From the NCBI GenBank assembly GCA_963781585.1, contig CAWAGQ010000006.1, forward strand, positions 128,001 through 192,000: a DNA stretch of 64,000 nt. The letters are read 5' to 3'. Below the pieces are notes generated by a model that worked only from the letters and a program-made list of their open reading frames with translations, ran no database searches and had not been told where the DNA came from. The stretch comes from an uncultured Gemmatimonadaceae bacterium (GTDB lineage: Bacteria; Gemmatimonadota; Gemmatimonadetes; Gemmatimonadales; Gemmatimonadaceae). This document shows positions 49,966-59,051 of this stretch, one piece after another. The position numbers and the translations under genes were made by a program. Position 1 is the first letter of the stretch. Each line of letters opens with the position of its first letter.

Positions 49966-51249
49966 TCATCTCCCCACGTCTGCCCGCAGCGCCGCAAAGA
50001 GTCGCGCCAGGTACCGGTTCTCTTCCGCCTCCACGCGCCCGCTGAAATCGCTGAACGCCGAAGCGCCCAAACGCCCGATCCAGCGCATGATCGCGCTCTC
50101 GTTGACGATCAGGTGCAGGGTGCGGAAGCTGAGTGTCTGCGGCGGGATGTCGTCGCGCACCCCCAGGCGGAGTTCGAGGCCGCGGCCCTGAAACGGGCGA
50201 CGCAGCGGTGAGCGAATGAGCTTGTCGACGGCCAGCGGGAAGTGCCACGCCGGTTCGCGGCGGAATCGGAACATCCACGCGCGCAGGTGCTCGCCGCGCT
50301 CGATGGTGAAGTCGCCCACGAGGTCGGTGTAGCCGATGCGGTAGAAGCTGTGCTTGAACGAGATGTCGCTCTCGACGAGCAGGGAATCGGGAAGCGAGCG
50401 CGCAGGGTCAGCGAGGGCGACGAGAGTGCCGGCGCGGGCGCGGAGCCTGACGACCACGTGGCCGTCGCGGCCGGCGAGCTCGAAGTAGTGCGCTCCCTGG
50501 TGGTCGGCGACGGTGAACCGGTAGACGGTCGGGACGGCATACTTGTCGAGATAGGCGGCGAACGCGGGCAGCGTGCCGCGGATACTGTCGGGGCGGATGG
50601 CTATGCCTAACGTGAGCACGGTGGAACCGTCGTCCGCCACGACCGTGCGGAGGGAGTCGATCGCGAACAGGTGCGAGAGGTATCGCGCGGTGCTCGGGAA
50701 CGCGGTCACGGAGGCGGCCTGCGCCTGGTCGCTGGACAGTCCCGAGGCGCCGGTGAACGTGGCGACGATCGCGGCCGCGATGCCGTCGGGGGTCACGTGG
50801 CCGATGGCATGGTCGACAGTCGTTTCCCACTCGTAGTCGTTGTGGCCGAGCGATCGGAGCCGGAGGAAGTGCCGCTGCTCGCTCAGCTCCGTCGGGTAGG
50901 GGGCGTTGGTGCCGTTGGTGAAGCGGTATCGGCCGTTGGCGCGTGTGCCGTGCAGGTACATCACGCGCGAGCTGTCGCCGTTCGAGACGATGGGCCAGAT
51001 GGCGGTGTCGGCGTAGAGGTGCGAGGGTATGAGCGCTTCGCGCGCCATCTCCATTCGGGCGCTATCGAAATGCGGTTCGCGCTCGGCGTCGGTGAAGCGG
51101 AACTGGAATGCGGCGAAGGTGTCGTCGGCGTTGGCGCGCGCCGATGCAGGGTTCGCGCCGAACGCATCGATTGTATCGCGGCAGGCCGACGCGGCGGCGA
51201 GCGCGATGAGGAACGCGAGTGGGATGTAGCGGATGGGCCTGCGGCGCAA
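49966..51249 (-). CDS. Hypothetical lipoprotein
   Basis: Signal peptide ending ASAC; 427 aa; family not recognised. Confidence 0.7.
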   Translation of the reverse strand: MRRRPIRYIPLAFLIALAAASACRDTIDAFGANPASARANADDTFAAFQFRFTDAEREPHFDSARMEMAREALIPSHLYADTAIWPIVSNGDSSRVMYLHGTRANGRYRFTNGTNAPYPTELSEQRHFLRLRSLGHNDYEWETTVDHAIGHVTPDGIAAAIVATFTGASGLSSDQAQAASVTAFPSTARYLSHLFAIDSLRTVVADDGSTVLTLGIAIRPDSIRGTLPAFAAYLDKYAVPTVYRFTVADHQGAHYFELAGRDGHVVVRLRARAGTLVALADPARSLPDSLLVESDISFKHSFYRIGYTDLVGDFTIERGEHLRAWMFRFRREPAWHFPLAVDKLIRSPLRRPFQGRGLELRLGVRDDIPPQTLSFRTLHLIVNESAIMRWIGRLGASAFSDFSGRVEAEENRYLARLFAALRADVGR

Positions 51250-51367
51250 AGTGCCGGGGAATAGAGGGTTAGGCCGGGTTCCGAGGGGTTGCCGGGTGAG
51301 TCCGGGGGCGGGTATCTTAGCAACCCGGCCGATGCGGATGATAGTTTGTCGCGCGGGCGGGGAGTGA

Positions 51368-51440
51368 TGCCCCTTGGTGTAACTGGCAACACGCCTGACT
51401 CTGGATCAGGAGAGTCCTGGTTCGATCCCAGGAGGGGCAA
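51368..51440 (+). tRNA. tRNA-Gln(CTG), CCA not encoded
   Basis: TGCCCCT/AGGGGCA acceptor stem, CCTGA-CT CTG GA-TCAGG, GGTTCGATCCC. Confidence 0.95.
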
Positions 51441-51522
51441 CTCGACAAAGCGGCAGGCCGGTGGCCTGCCGTTTGTCGTTGCCTCTCTGGTCTCGGAGTC
51501 TCGCGCTGCGCGCTCGCCACGA

Positions 51523-51536
51523 CCCAGGAGGGGCAA
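51523..51536 (+). repeat. Duplicate of the tRNA-Gln 3' end
   Basis: CCCAGGAGGGGCAA identical to 51427-51440. Confidence 0.8.
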
Positions 51537-51631
51537 TAGCGAGCGGCGGGTCTTCCGACCCGCCGCTTTTCGCTCCCGCCCCTTGGGCTCGAAGGCCTGC
51601 TGGCGGCGGCTGATCCAACGCACCGTTCCCG

Positions 51632-52030
51632 TCAGGCCTGCTCCGGGAGACGTTCTCGAAGAAACGTTGCGACAACGTTGTCGTCGGCGCGATTGGTGGC
51701 GACGGCCATTGTAAGCGCATAGAGATCCTTGGGCGCGGTGTGAATGGGCGCGCCGTTGATGGACAAGAACACAAGCGCACAGGCAAGGCCTGTGCGCTTG
51801 TTCCCATCGACGAATCCCTGAGTCCGTGCGAAACCCACGAGGTACGCGGCCGCCAGAGCTGCAAGATCAGCGGATGTGTCGTAGGCCCATCGCTGCCTCG
51901 GGCGTGCAAGTGCGGAGAGCACCACGTTCTGATCGAGCACGCCATGCGAACCGCCGAAGCGCTCTATCTGCTGCGCGTGGATGGCCAGGAGTGTCGGCGC
52001 GGTGATCCACAGGGGTTCTGCGATCGGCAC
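51632..52030 (-). CDS. doc: Doc/Fic family toxin (His->Gln variant)
   Basis: IH..QI..FGG..G, SALARP, QGFVDGNKRTG, FL.ING. Confidence 0.88.
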   Translation of the reverse strand: MPIAEPLWITAPTLLAIHAQQIERFGGSHGVLDQNVVLSALARPRQRWAYDTSADLAALAAAYLVGFARTQGFVDGNKRTGLACALVFLSINGAPIHTAPKDLYALTMAVATNRADDNVVATFLRERLPEQA

Positions 52031-52039
52031 CTGTGGAAC

Positions 52040-52273
52040 TCACTTCGCCAGCGCTCGAAACACGGAGTCGTACTCCGACATGATCTGTTCATGCGCCTCA
52101 AGCGCTGCGGCGGTCTCGGAGGAGTGCAGGACAACCCGGAACCCACCCATGCCATCCTCGATCCAATCCAGCTCCTGGCCAGGCGGAATGGCCAGGCGCC
52201 GTACGACCTCCGCAGGCAGGGTCGTGACCACAGAGGCCCCTTGGGCTCTGGTCTTGCTCACGAGCGTTCGCAT
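52040..52273 (-). CDS. AbrB/MazE-type antitoxin
   Basis: QGASVVTTLPAEV..L.I..G..L, C-terminal Y..VFRALAK; directly upstream of doc. Confidence 0.85.
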   Translation of the reverse strand: MRTLVSKTRAQGASVVTTLPAEVVRRLAIPPGQELDWIEDGMGGFRVVLHSSETAAALEAHEQIMSEYDSVFRALAK

Positions 52274-52330
52274 AGGTGTGAATCCAGATAAGTGATTGGC
52301 GGCGCGCAGTTTAGCTGAGTGCCACTCGAA

Positions 52331-52367
52331 TTACATTCAGTATATGTAACTGGAGTTACACTGTCAA
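52331..52367 (-). promoter_or_regulatory. TA promoter with palindromic operators
   Basis: TTGACA(52367-52362)-17 nt-TATACT(52344-52339); TGTAAC-N4-GTTACA fills the spacer. Confidence 0.8.
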
Positions 52368-52451
52368 GACGGCCCGAGCCCTCCTGCGCAACGCAACAGG
52401 GCCTCAGCGAGTGACGAACGCGCGCATGCCTCCGCCTAACCCGCTTGACTC

Positions 52452-52487
52452 GGCCCGCCCGCCGAGCGTACGCTCGGCGGGCGGGCC
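52452..52487. repeat. Perfect 36-bp palindrome
   Basis: GGCCCGCCCGCCGAGCGT|ACGCTCGGCGGGCGGGCC. Confidence 0.85.
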
Positions 52488-52607
52488 CTCCATCGCGCGC
52501 CGCGCACTGATGCACCGCAACGCAAGAAAACGATGATGGGCACCGACGCACGCGCACCCATCCTCGGCCATGCGCGCGGACGACACTTCGCCGAGGAAGG
52601 ATGCCCG

Positions 52608-53147
52608 ATGCAGATGGCGACCAGGACCAAGCGCTGGACGCTCGCGGAGCTGCACAGTCTCCCCGAGGACGGAAACAGATACGAGTTGCTGCGGGGCGAA
52701 CTGTTCGTGACGCCGCCGCCCACCGACGACCACGAGACCATCGCGGCGCGACTCACCCGCCTCATCGATCCGTATGTCGCGGCACACGGACTCGGCTACG
52801 TGTACCACCCCCGCGCGGTCGTCCAGCGCGAGAGCTCGCAGGTCGAACCGGATCTGCAGGTGCGGGCGCCGCAGACGGCCCCGCGCGCCACCTGGAAGAG
52901 TGCTCCCCTTCCGATTCTCATCGTCGAGATCCTCTCGCCGTTCACACGACGGCGTGACCTTGGTGTGAAACGCGATTTCTACTCGGACCTCGGCATCGCA
53001 GAATACTGGATCGTGGATGCGGAGGACCGAACCGTCCGCATCGTCCGTGGAGGCAGGGAGGACGAGGTGGCGAGGGAGCGCTTCACGTGGACGCCGCCCG
53101 GAATGGAGTCCGGCCTGATCATTGAGCTTGACGAGGTCTTCGGGTAG
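52608..53147 (+). CDS. Uma2 family PD-(D/E)xK endonuclease-like protein
   Basis: RYELLRGEL.VTP.P...H, EPDL, VEILSP, K...Y...GIAEYWIVD. Confidence 0.92.
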   Translation: MQMATRTKRWTLAELHSLPEDGNRYELLRGELFVTPPPTDDHETIAARLTRLIDPYVAAHGLGYVYHPRAVVQRESSQVEPDLQVRAPQTAPRATWKSAPLPILIVEILSPFTRRRDLGVKRDFYSDLGIAEYWIVDAEDRTVRIVRGGREDEVARERFTWTPPGMESGLIIELDEVFG

Positions 53148-53324
53148 CGGGCCGGGCCGCGAGCGGGTGCACCGCTACGCGACGGCCTTCGAGTAGCTTG
53201 CGGCATGTTGGGGTCGAGCGACGCCACTGACCACCACCTGCCCACGAACTGCAGCATGGGGGTGAAGGCGTTCGTCGGTATTCAACCAAGACCCGCGTCG
53301 ATCGGCATCCACTCGGAGCGCGCA

Positions 53325-54263
53325 ATGACCGGTATCGTCCGCACCTCACTCCTGCTCGCCGTTCTCACACCGATTGGTTTGCCTCGCGCACTTCGTGCGC
53401 AAACGCCCTACCCGACGCGCTGCGGGACGGGGATCCCGCGCAGCGAGCAATCGGGCTACGTCCCACTTCCCAGAGGCGACGTCTTCTGTCCGCTCGTCGC
53501 CGACCCGAAAGCCGCGACCTCGTTCGCGAGCTATCTGCATGAGCACTCCGACGCCACCACGCCCGACACGTCGATCAACATCGCGTCGGTCGGCATCGGC
53601 GACGCGTTCGGGCTGGGACGGTGGAACGGTGCGCGGCCGGGTGACGGGGTCGAGATCGCTCTCGCGGGCAGCGTGTTCGCCCAGTTCGACCTGAGCAGCG
53701 CGTCGTACGACCTGCTCAACGCCGACTACGTGATCGGGGTGCCGATCACGCTCCGGAGCGGCTGGTTCTCCACGCGCATTCGGGTCTATCACCAGAGCTC
53801 GCACCTCGGCGACGAGTATCTCCTCCGGGAACCGGCGAATCGACAGAATCGGGTGAACCTCTCCTTCGAATCGCTGGAATGGATCCTGTCGGCGGATGCC
53901 GCGGCACTGCGGCTGTACGGCGGAGGCGAGTACCTGTTCCACCGGTTCCCCAAGGATCTGGAATCCTACGTGGCGCACGGCGGCGCGGAACTGCGGCCGC
54001 AATTCCGCATCATCCCACTCGGTTCGTTAGGCGGATTCCGCCTGGTGGCGGCCACCGACCTCAAGGCGTCGCAGGAACACGACTGGAAACCGAGCGTGAG
54101 TGCCCGGGCGGGGCTGGAGTACGACCGGGCCGGACGCGCCGCGACCCCGGCCCGAAGGTGGGGCCTGTTCTTCGAGTACTACACGGGCCCGTCGCCGTAC
54201 GGGCAGTTCTACCGCACGAACGTCCACCACATGGGGGTGGGGATCCACTTCGGGCCGTCGTGA
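53325..54263 (+). CDS. DUF1207 family exported beta-barrel-like protein
   Basis: PLVADP, FAQFDL..S.DLLNADY, YHQSSHLGDE, G.SPYGQF. Confidence 0.8.
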   Translation: MTGIVRTSLLLAVLTPIGLPRALRAQTPYPTRCGTGIPRSEQSGYVPLPRGDVFCPLVADPKAATSFASYLHEHSDATTPDTSINIASVGIGDAFGLGRWNGARPGDGVEIALAGSVFAQFDLSSASYDLLNADYVIGVPITLRSGWFSTRIRVYHQSSHLGDEYLLREPANRQNRVNLSFESLEWILSADAAALRLYGGGEYLFHRFPKDLESYVAHGGAELRPQFRIIPLGSLGGFRLVAATDLKASQEHDWKPSVSARAGLEYDRAGRAATPARRWGLFFEYYTGPSPYGQFYRTNVHHMGVGIHFGPS

Positions 54264-54310
54264 CCGCCCGCCCCGTGGGAGCCTCGCGGCAGCCACTCGA
54301 TGCATCGAAC

Positions 54311-54904
54311 ATGGACGCCTCCCCAGCGCACTTTCCCAACGCGGCCGCGTTCCGCGCCTGGCTTCGCACGCATCACCGGACGGCGACAAATCTCGTGGTA
54401 CGGATTGCCAGGAACCACGCGGCGCATCAGGGCGTAACGTACGCGCAGGCGCTCGACGAGGCACTGTGCTTTGGATGGATCGACGGGGTACGCCGCAGCC
54501 TCGACCGCGACAGTTTCTCCGTGCGGTTCAGCCCGCGCAAGCCGCGGAGCATCTGGAGCCGGATCAACGTGCGACACGCCGAGCGGCTCATCGAGGCGGG
54601 GCGCATGAGGAGAGCCGGACTCAAGGCCTTCGAGGCGCGCGACGAAGCGCGAACCGGTGTGTACTCGTTCGAGCGGCAGTCGGCCACACTGGCTCCGTCA
54701 TATCAAGCGCGATTCCGGAAGAACAAGAAAGCCTGGCGGTACTTCGAGCACGAAGCTCCGTGGTATCGTCGCACAAGTACGCACTGGGTGATGAGCGCCA
54801 GGCGCGAGGAAACGCGCGAGAGGCGACTGGCAACGTTGATAACGCACTGCGCCAGGGGTGAACGAATCCCACCCCTTCAGCGGACGCCGAAAAGCGGGAG
54901 CTGA
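54311..54904 (+). CDS. YdeI/OmpD-associated family protein
   Basis: FRAWL, Y..ALDEALCFGWIDG, FSPRKPRSIWS..N, ARREETRERRL. Confidence 0.9.
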   Translation: MDASPAHFPNAAAFRAWLRTHHRTATNLVVRIARNHAAHQGVTYAQALDEALCFGWIDGVRRSLDRDSFSVRFSPRKPRSIWSRINVRHAERLIEAGRMRRAGLKAFEARDEARTGVYSFERQSATLAPSYQARFRKNKKAWRYFEHEAPWYRRTSTHWVMSARREETRERRLATLITHCARGERIPPLQRTPKSGS

Positions 54905-54947
54905 CGATAGGCCCTGCGGTCGGCGCTGTCGATCCCCGGTGGCCGCC

Positions 54948-56312
54948 TCATGGAAGTCGGGTCATCGCGATGTCCCGCCCTCCCTGGTGGAGGACGGCCC
55001 CGGAGATGGCGCCGGCGCCGTTCCGCTGGAAGGTGAGCTGGGCATCTACGACGGTCCAACGCCAGGTGGAATCCGACGTCGCGAAGATCCGGAATCGCTG
55101 CTGTCCGGTCATCTGCGCGTAGAGCTTCGTGCCGGCACGGGTGACGGTCAGGCGCACCCCCGGGGCGACTTCGTACGCACCCGCAAACTGCTGCAGGACG
55201 GCGGAGTCCAGCGGAAACTCCACCGGAGGAGCCGGTGGGGGCTGAAGGTCATTGCGCTCGTCGATCAGGTGGAGCCCGAGGTCGTCGATCGATGTGGCTG
55301 TGTTGGACAGGATGACGACGCCGACGTGTCGCGCCGGATCGAACCCGATGAACGAATGAAAGCCCGCCGTCTCGCCGTTGTGCCAGACAATGTCCGTATC
55401 GTGCGCGTGGAGAATGTGCCAGGCGAGTCCAATGGTCGTATTGGGCAGGGTTGTCGCGCGGCGCGAGGCGTGGGTGGCAAAGAGCGCCGCGCCGAGTGGT
55501 GTCTTCGCGCTATCGAGGTTGGCCGCAAGGAACGTGAGCATGTCGTTCAGCGTCGAGCGGATAGCGCCGGCGCCTGCCAGCGCATCGAAATGCCAGTTCG
55601 CTACGGCGTCGCCGTCGCGGTTGTAGCCCGTCGCGAGCCGCCTCTGCATGCCGGCAGTGCTGGTGATGCGCGTATCAGCCATTCCCAGTGGTGTCAGAAT
55701 CCGCGCCTCGAGGAGCTGTTCGTAGCTCTTTCCGGCGTGCCGGGCGAGCGCGAGGCCGAGCAGGCCCACACCGAGATTCGAGTACTCGTACTGCGCACCC
55801 GGGTCCCGCGACGGTGTGTAGCCCGACAGGAACTGGAACAGCTGCGACGGCCCGTAGTCGACATACGGGTCGTCGGGATTGGCCGGATGGAGGTTTGCCG
55901 GCAGGCGGGGCAGTCCCGAACTCTGCGTCGCCAGGTCGAGCAGCGTGATCGCGCGCCCGTGGGGGACGAGCTTCACCTCCGGCGGCAGGTATCGCGTCAC
56001 CGGATCGTCAAGTGAGACCTCGCCGCGTCGGACCAGGTCGGCCAGAAGGGATGCGGTGAAGGTCTTGGTGACCGAACCGATTTCGAAGACCGTGTTCGGT
56101 CCGAGGGCCACCGTACCGTTGTCCGCCGCGCTCCCGAACTGAAACAGGTGGCGGTGCCCCGTGGAATCGATAATGCCGGCCACGATTCCCACATTGCGGT
56201 GAGTCTCGACGCGCTCTCGAATCAGGCGCTGAACCGCGGTATCAGGCGGAATGGATATCGTATGGAGTACGGCCGTCGCGATGGCGCCGCGAATCAGGTA
56301 CGAAGAAAACAC
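54948..56312 (-). CDS. Serine hydrolase, beta-lactamase/AmpC-like, with DUF3471-like C-domain
   Basis: FEIGSVTK (SxxK), YSN, HNG; GTG start after GGAGGA. Confidence 0.9.
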   Translation of the reverse strand: MFSSYLIRGAIATAVLHTISIPPDTAVQRLIRERVETHRNVGIVAGIIDSTGHRHLFQFGSAADNGTVALGPNTVFEIGSVTKTFTASLLADLVRRGEVSLDDPVTRYLPPEVKLVPHGRAITLLDLATQSSGLPRLPANLHPANPDDPYVDYGPSQLFQFLSGYTPSRDPGAQYEYSNLGVGLLGLALARHAGKSYEQLLEARILTPLGMADTRITSTAGMQRRLATGYNRDGDAVANWHFDALAGAGAIRSTLNDMLTFLAANLDSAKTPLGAALFATHASRRATTLPNTTIGLAWHILHAHDTDIVWHNGETAGFHSFIGFDPARHVGVVILSNTATSIDDLGLHLIDERNDLQPPPAPPVEFPLDSAVLQQFAGAYEVAPGVRLTVTRAGTKLYAQMTGQQRFRIFATSDSTWRWTVVDAQLTFQRNGAGAISGAVLHQGGRDIAMTRLP

Positions 56313-56349
56313 ACGTCCTCCAGTTCTGGGGGGAATCGTCCGGAATCGC

Positions 56350-56949
56350 TCACGCGCGTGGCTCCCCTGCCGCCGAGACCTCTCCGAGTAGCCGCGAGAG
56401 CTCCTCCAGCCGTGGCTGCAGATGGCGTCGGGCGGCATTCACGTTCATCCGGTAGAGGACCAGCGACAGGAGCGCGACTGCGGCCGCGCAGCCGAAGGTC
56501 AGCCATGATGCGCCGGCGCGTCCGGCGATGATCATGATCACGCCGAGCGAGATCGGCGCCAGATACCACACGAAGACACTCTCGAGGAGCCGGATCTGCG
56601 CTGCCACTCTCGACCGCTCGTGCTCCAGCGCCACCGCCACCGGCAACTCCATGCGTGCCGCGCTCGGTATCCGCCGCGCACGGTACAACCTGACCACCAC
56701 GAGCGCGTACGCCACGATCAACGCCACCACGCCGAGGCGGGTGAGGAGAGTGCCGTGTACCGCCGCGGGAACGATGAGGACGAGACCGACGATCGCCGCG
56801 ATAACCTCCCGGAGGTCGCGGAAGCGAATCCGCTTGTCGAAGCGTCGTGCTTCCGACTTCACGTACAGAAGAATCTCCTCCGGCGACAGCCGAACGACAT
56901 CGGCGTCCCGCTCTGACCACCAGTAGCCCTTCGCGTCGTCCAGACTCAT
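56350..56949 (-). CDS. Four-TM membrane protein, probable anti-sigma factor
   Basis: Overlaps the ECF stop by 4 bp; WY..P motif, 4 hydrophobic segments. Confidence 0.7.
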   Translation of the reverse strand: MSLDDAKGYWWSERDADVVRLSPEEILLYVKSEARRFDKRIRFRDLREVIAAIVGLVLIVPAAVHGTLLTRLGVVALIVAYALVVVRLYRARRIPSAARMELPVAVALEHERSRVAAQIRLLESVFVWYLAPISLGVIMIIAGRAGASWLTFGCAAAVALLSLVLYRMNVNAARRHLQPRLEELSRLLGEVSAAGEPRA

Positions 56950-57455
56950 GACCGCTCCTCGGCCAGCAGCGTGGCCAGTTCTTTCCTGATGCGATGCAGT
57001 TTGACGCCCACGTTGCTCTCACTGATTCCCAGCACCTCGGCCATCTCGCGGTAGCTCTGTTCGTCGAGGAACATGGTCACGAGGATCTTCTCGATGTCGT
57101 TCAGCCGACCGATCGCCGCGTACAGGCGCTCGAGTTGCTGTGCCGCCTCCAGGCGCTCGTCGGCTCCCGGCGTGTCCGAGGTCGGTTCCGCACGCACATC
57201 GAGCCGCGACTCGCGGCGCGCACGATGCCGGCGCCGGTGGGTGAGCGCGGTATTCAGCGCCACCCGATACAGCCAGGTGCTCGGGAGCGACTGGTTCGCG
57301 AACGACGGCAGGGAGCGCCAGAGCTGCACCAGCACGTCCTGAAAGAGGTCCCTGCGGGCCTCGGCGTCGCGCTCATACACGCGACAGATCTTCCACAGGC
57401 GCGCTTCGTTCCTGCGCACGAGTTCGAGGAAGGTCTGTTCGAGGTCGTTAGCCAC
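56946..57455 (-). CDS. ECF RNA polymerase sigma factor
   Basis: DLFQDVLVQLW, STWLYRVALNTA, SYREMAEVLGISESNVGVKLHR. Confidence 0.93.
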   Translation of the reverse strand: MANDLEQTFLELVRRNEARLWKICRVYERDAEARRDLFQDVLVQLWRSLPSFANQSLPSTWLYRVALNTALTHRRRHRARRESRLDVRAEPTSDTPGADERLEAAQQLERLYAAIGRLNDIEKILVTMFLDEQSYREMAEVLGISESNVGVKLHRIRKELATLLAEERS

Positions 57456-57695
57456 GCGTCCGCCACGTGAAGGACACCAGTATATGTCGCAGGAGCAGGC
57501 CCGTTCTTACGCGCCGTGGGCGTCGAGTGAGGGAGCCCCGGACAAGATGTAGGGAGAAACCACGAGAGCAGCTTCTCTCCGGGTCTCACGCCTCACGGAT
57601 TCTCACGCCCGGGCGGAGCGGGGTGCGCGCGGAGCCCCACCGATTTGGGAAGGCGAATGGCGCGACATACCTTTAGGGCAGAGCGGCGAGGAGGT

Positions 57696-59051
57696 ATGTC
57701 GATGAGGGGCCGTCTCAGGTGGGTGCTCGTTCTCGCGGCAACCGCGGCCGTCACCAGTAGCGCGGTCGGGCAGCCCGACTCGGCGGCCCGAGGGGAAGCC
57801 GCGCCCGCAACCCAGCATCAGATGCCAGGGCATGATCGGATCCTGGTGATGCATCTCGCGGACGATATCTCACCCGTCACCGCCCAAGCACTGCTCGCCG
57901 CGATCGAGCGGGCCGAGCGGGACGGGTATCGGGCCCTCGTGATCGAGATCGATACGCCGGGCGGTCTCGAGAGCAGCATGCGCACGATGGTCAAGGGGAT
58001 CCTCGTGTCGACGGTGCCGATCATCGCCTGGGTGGCGCCGAGCGGCGCGCGGGCGGCCTCGGCCGGGGTGTTCGTGACGATGGCTGCGGACGTGGCGGCC
58101 ATGTCGCCCGGCACCAACATCGGCGCCGCGACTCCGGTGAACATGCAGGGACCCATGGATTCCACGATGGCGCGCAAGGTGACGGCCGACGCCGCAGCGT
58201 TCGCACGCACCATCGCCGGGCAGCGGGGCCGGAACGCGGCGTGGGCCGAGCGCGCGGTGCGCGAGGCGATCGCCGCCAGCGAGACCGAGGCGGTGGATCT
58301 GCACGTCGTGGATTTCGTGGCCGCGACGCTCCCCGAGCTGCTGGAAAAGGCCGACGGACGGAAGTGGCGGCGCGGGGGTGAGGAACACGTTCTCTCGGTC
58401 AAGGGCTTGCCGGTTGATCGCATTCAGCCGGGGTTTCGCGACCGCCTGCTTGCCATTCTCACCGACCCGAGCCTCGCCTACATCCTCCTCTTGTTAGGCT
58501 TCTACGGTCTGCTGTTCGAGCTGCAGAATCCCGGGGCGATTCTCCCCGGCGTGGTAGGCGTGGTGTGTCTCGTGCTCGCGCTGTTCGCGCTCTCGACGCT
58601 CCCGGTGAATTACGCCGGGGTAGCGCTGATCGTGCTCGCGGTCGGGTTCTTCATCGCCGAGATCAAGATCGTGAGCCACGGGGTGCTGGCCGTGGCCGGG
58701 GTGATCTCGATGTTGCTGGGATCCCTGATGCTGTTTCCGGGTGACGAGATGCGCCTGGCGGGGACGCTGATCGGCGGAGCGACGCTGGTTACCGCGGCGT
58801 TCTTCCTCTTTGTGGTCGGCGCCGGGCTCCAAGCGCAGAGACGCCGGGTGCAGACGGGAGCGCCCGCCCTGATCGGGGCGCGGGCCTCGGTCATATCCCG
58901 CCTCGCGCCGGAGGGAATGGTGCGGGTGGAAGGAGAATTGTGGAGGGCGGTGTCGGACACCGCGGTGGAACCAGGGAGCGAAGTGGAAATCACCGGCGTG
59001 GACCAGCTCATGCTGCGCGTCCGCGCGTCAGGCAAGGAGGCCGGAACATGA
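57696..59051 (+). CDS. nfeD: NfeD membrane-bound serine protease (ClpP class)
   Basis: [32 protein letters not shown]-fold. Confidence 0.93.
   Translation: MSMRGRLRWVLVLAATAAVTSSAVGQPDSAARGEAAPATQHQMPGHDRILVMHLADDISPVTAQALLAAIERAERDGYRALVIEIDTPGGLESSMRTMVKGILVSTVPIIAWVAPSGARAASAGVFVTMAADVAAMSPGTNIGAATPVNMQGPMDSTMARKVTADAAAFARTIAGQRGRNAAWAERAVREAIAASETEAVDLHVVDFVAATLPELLEKADGRKWRRGGEEHVLSVKGLPVDRIQPGFRDRLLAILTDPSLAYILLLLGFYGLLFELQNPGAILPGVVGVVCLVLALFALSTLPVNYAGVALIVLAVGFFIAEIKIVSHGVLAVAGVISMLLGSLMLFPGDEMRLAGTLIGGATLVTAAFFLFVVGAGLQAQRRRVQTGAPALIGARASVISRLAPEGMVRVEGELWRAVSDTAVEPGSEVEITGVDQLMLRVRASGKEAGT

Noticed and set aside
49582..53147. Prophage or genomic island at the tRNAs
   Set aside because: No integrase or phage genes, and the 14-bp repeat brackets only about 80 bp
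531..58499. Integron attC sites (GCCTAAC...GTTAGGC matches RYYYAAC/GTTRRRY)
   Set aside because: No properly ordered pair within about 150 bp, most copies are inside genes, and there is no integron integrase or cassette array
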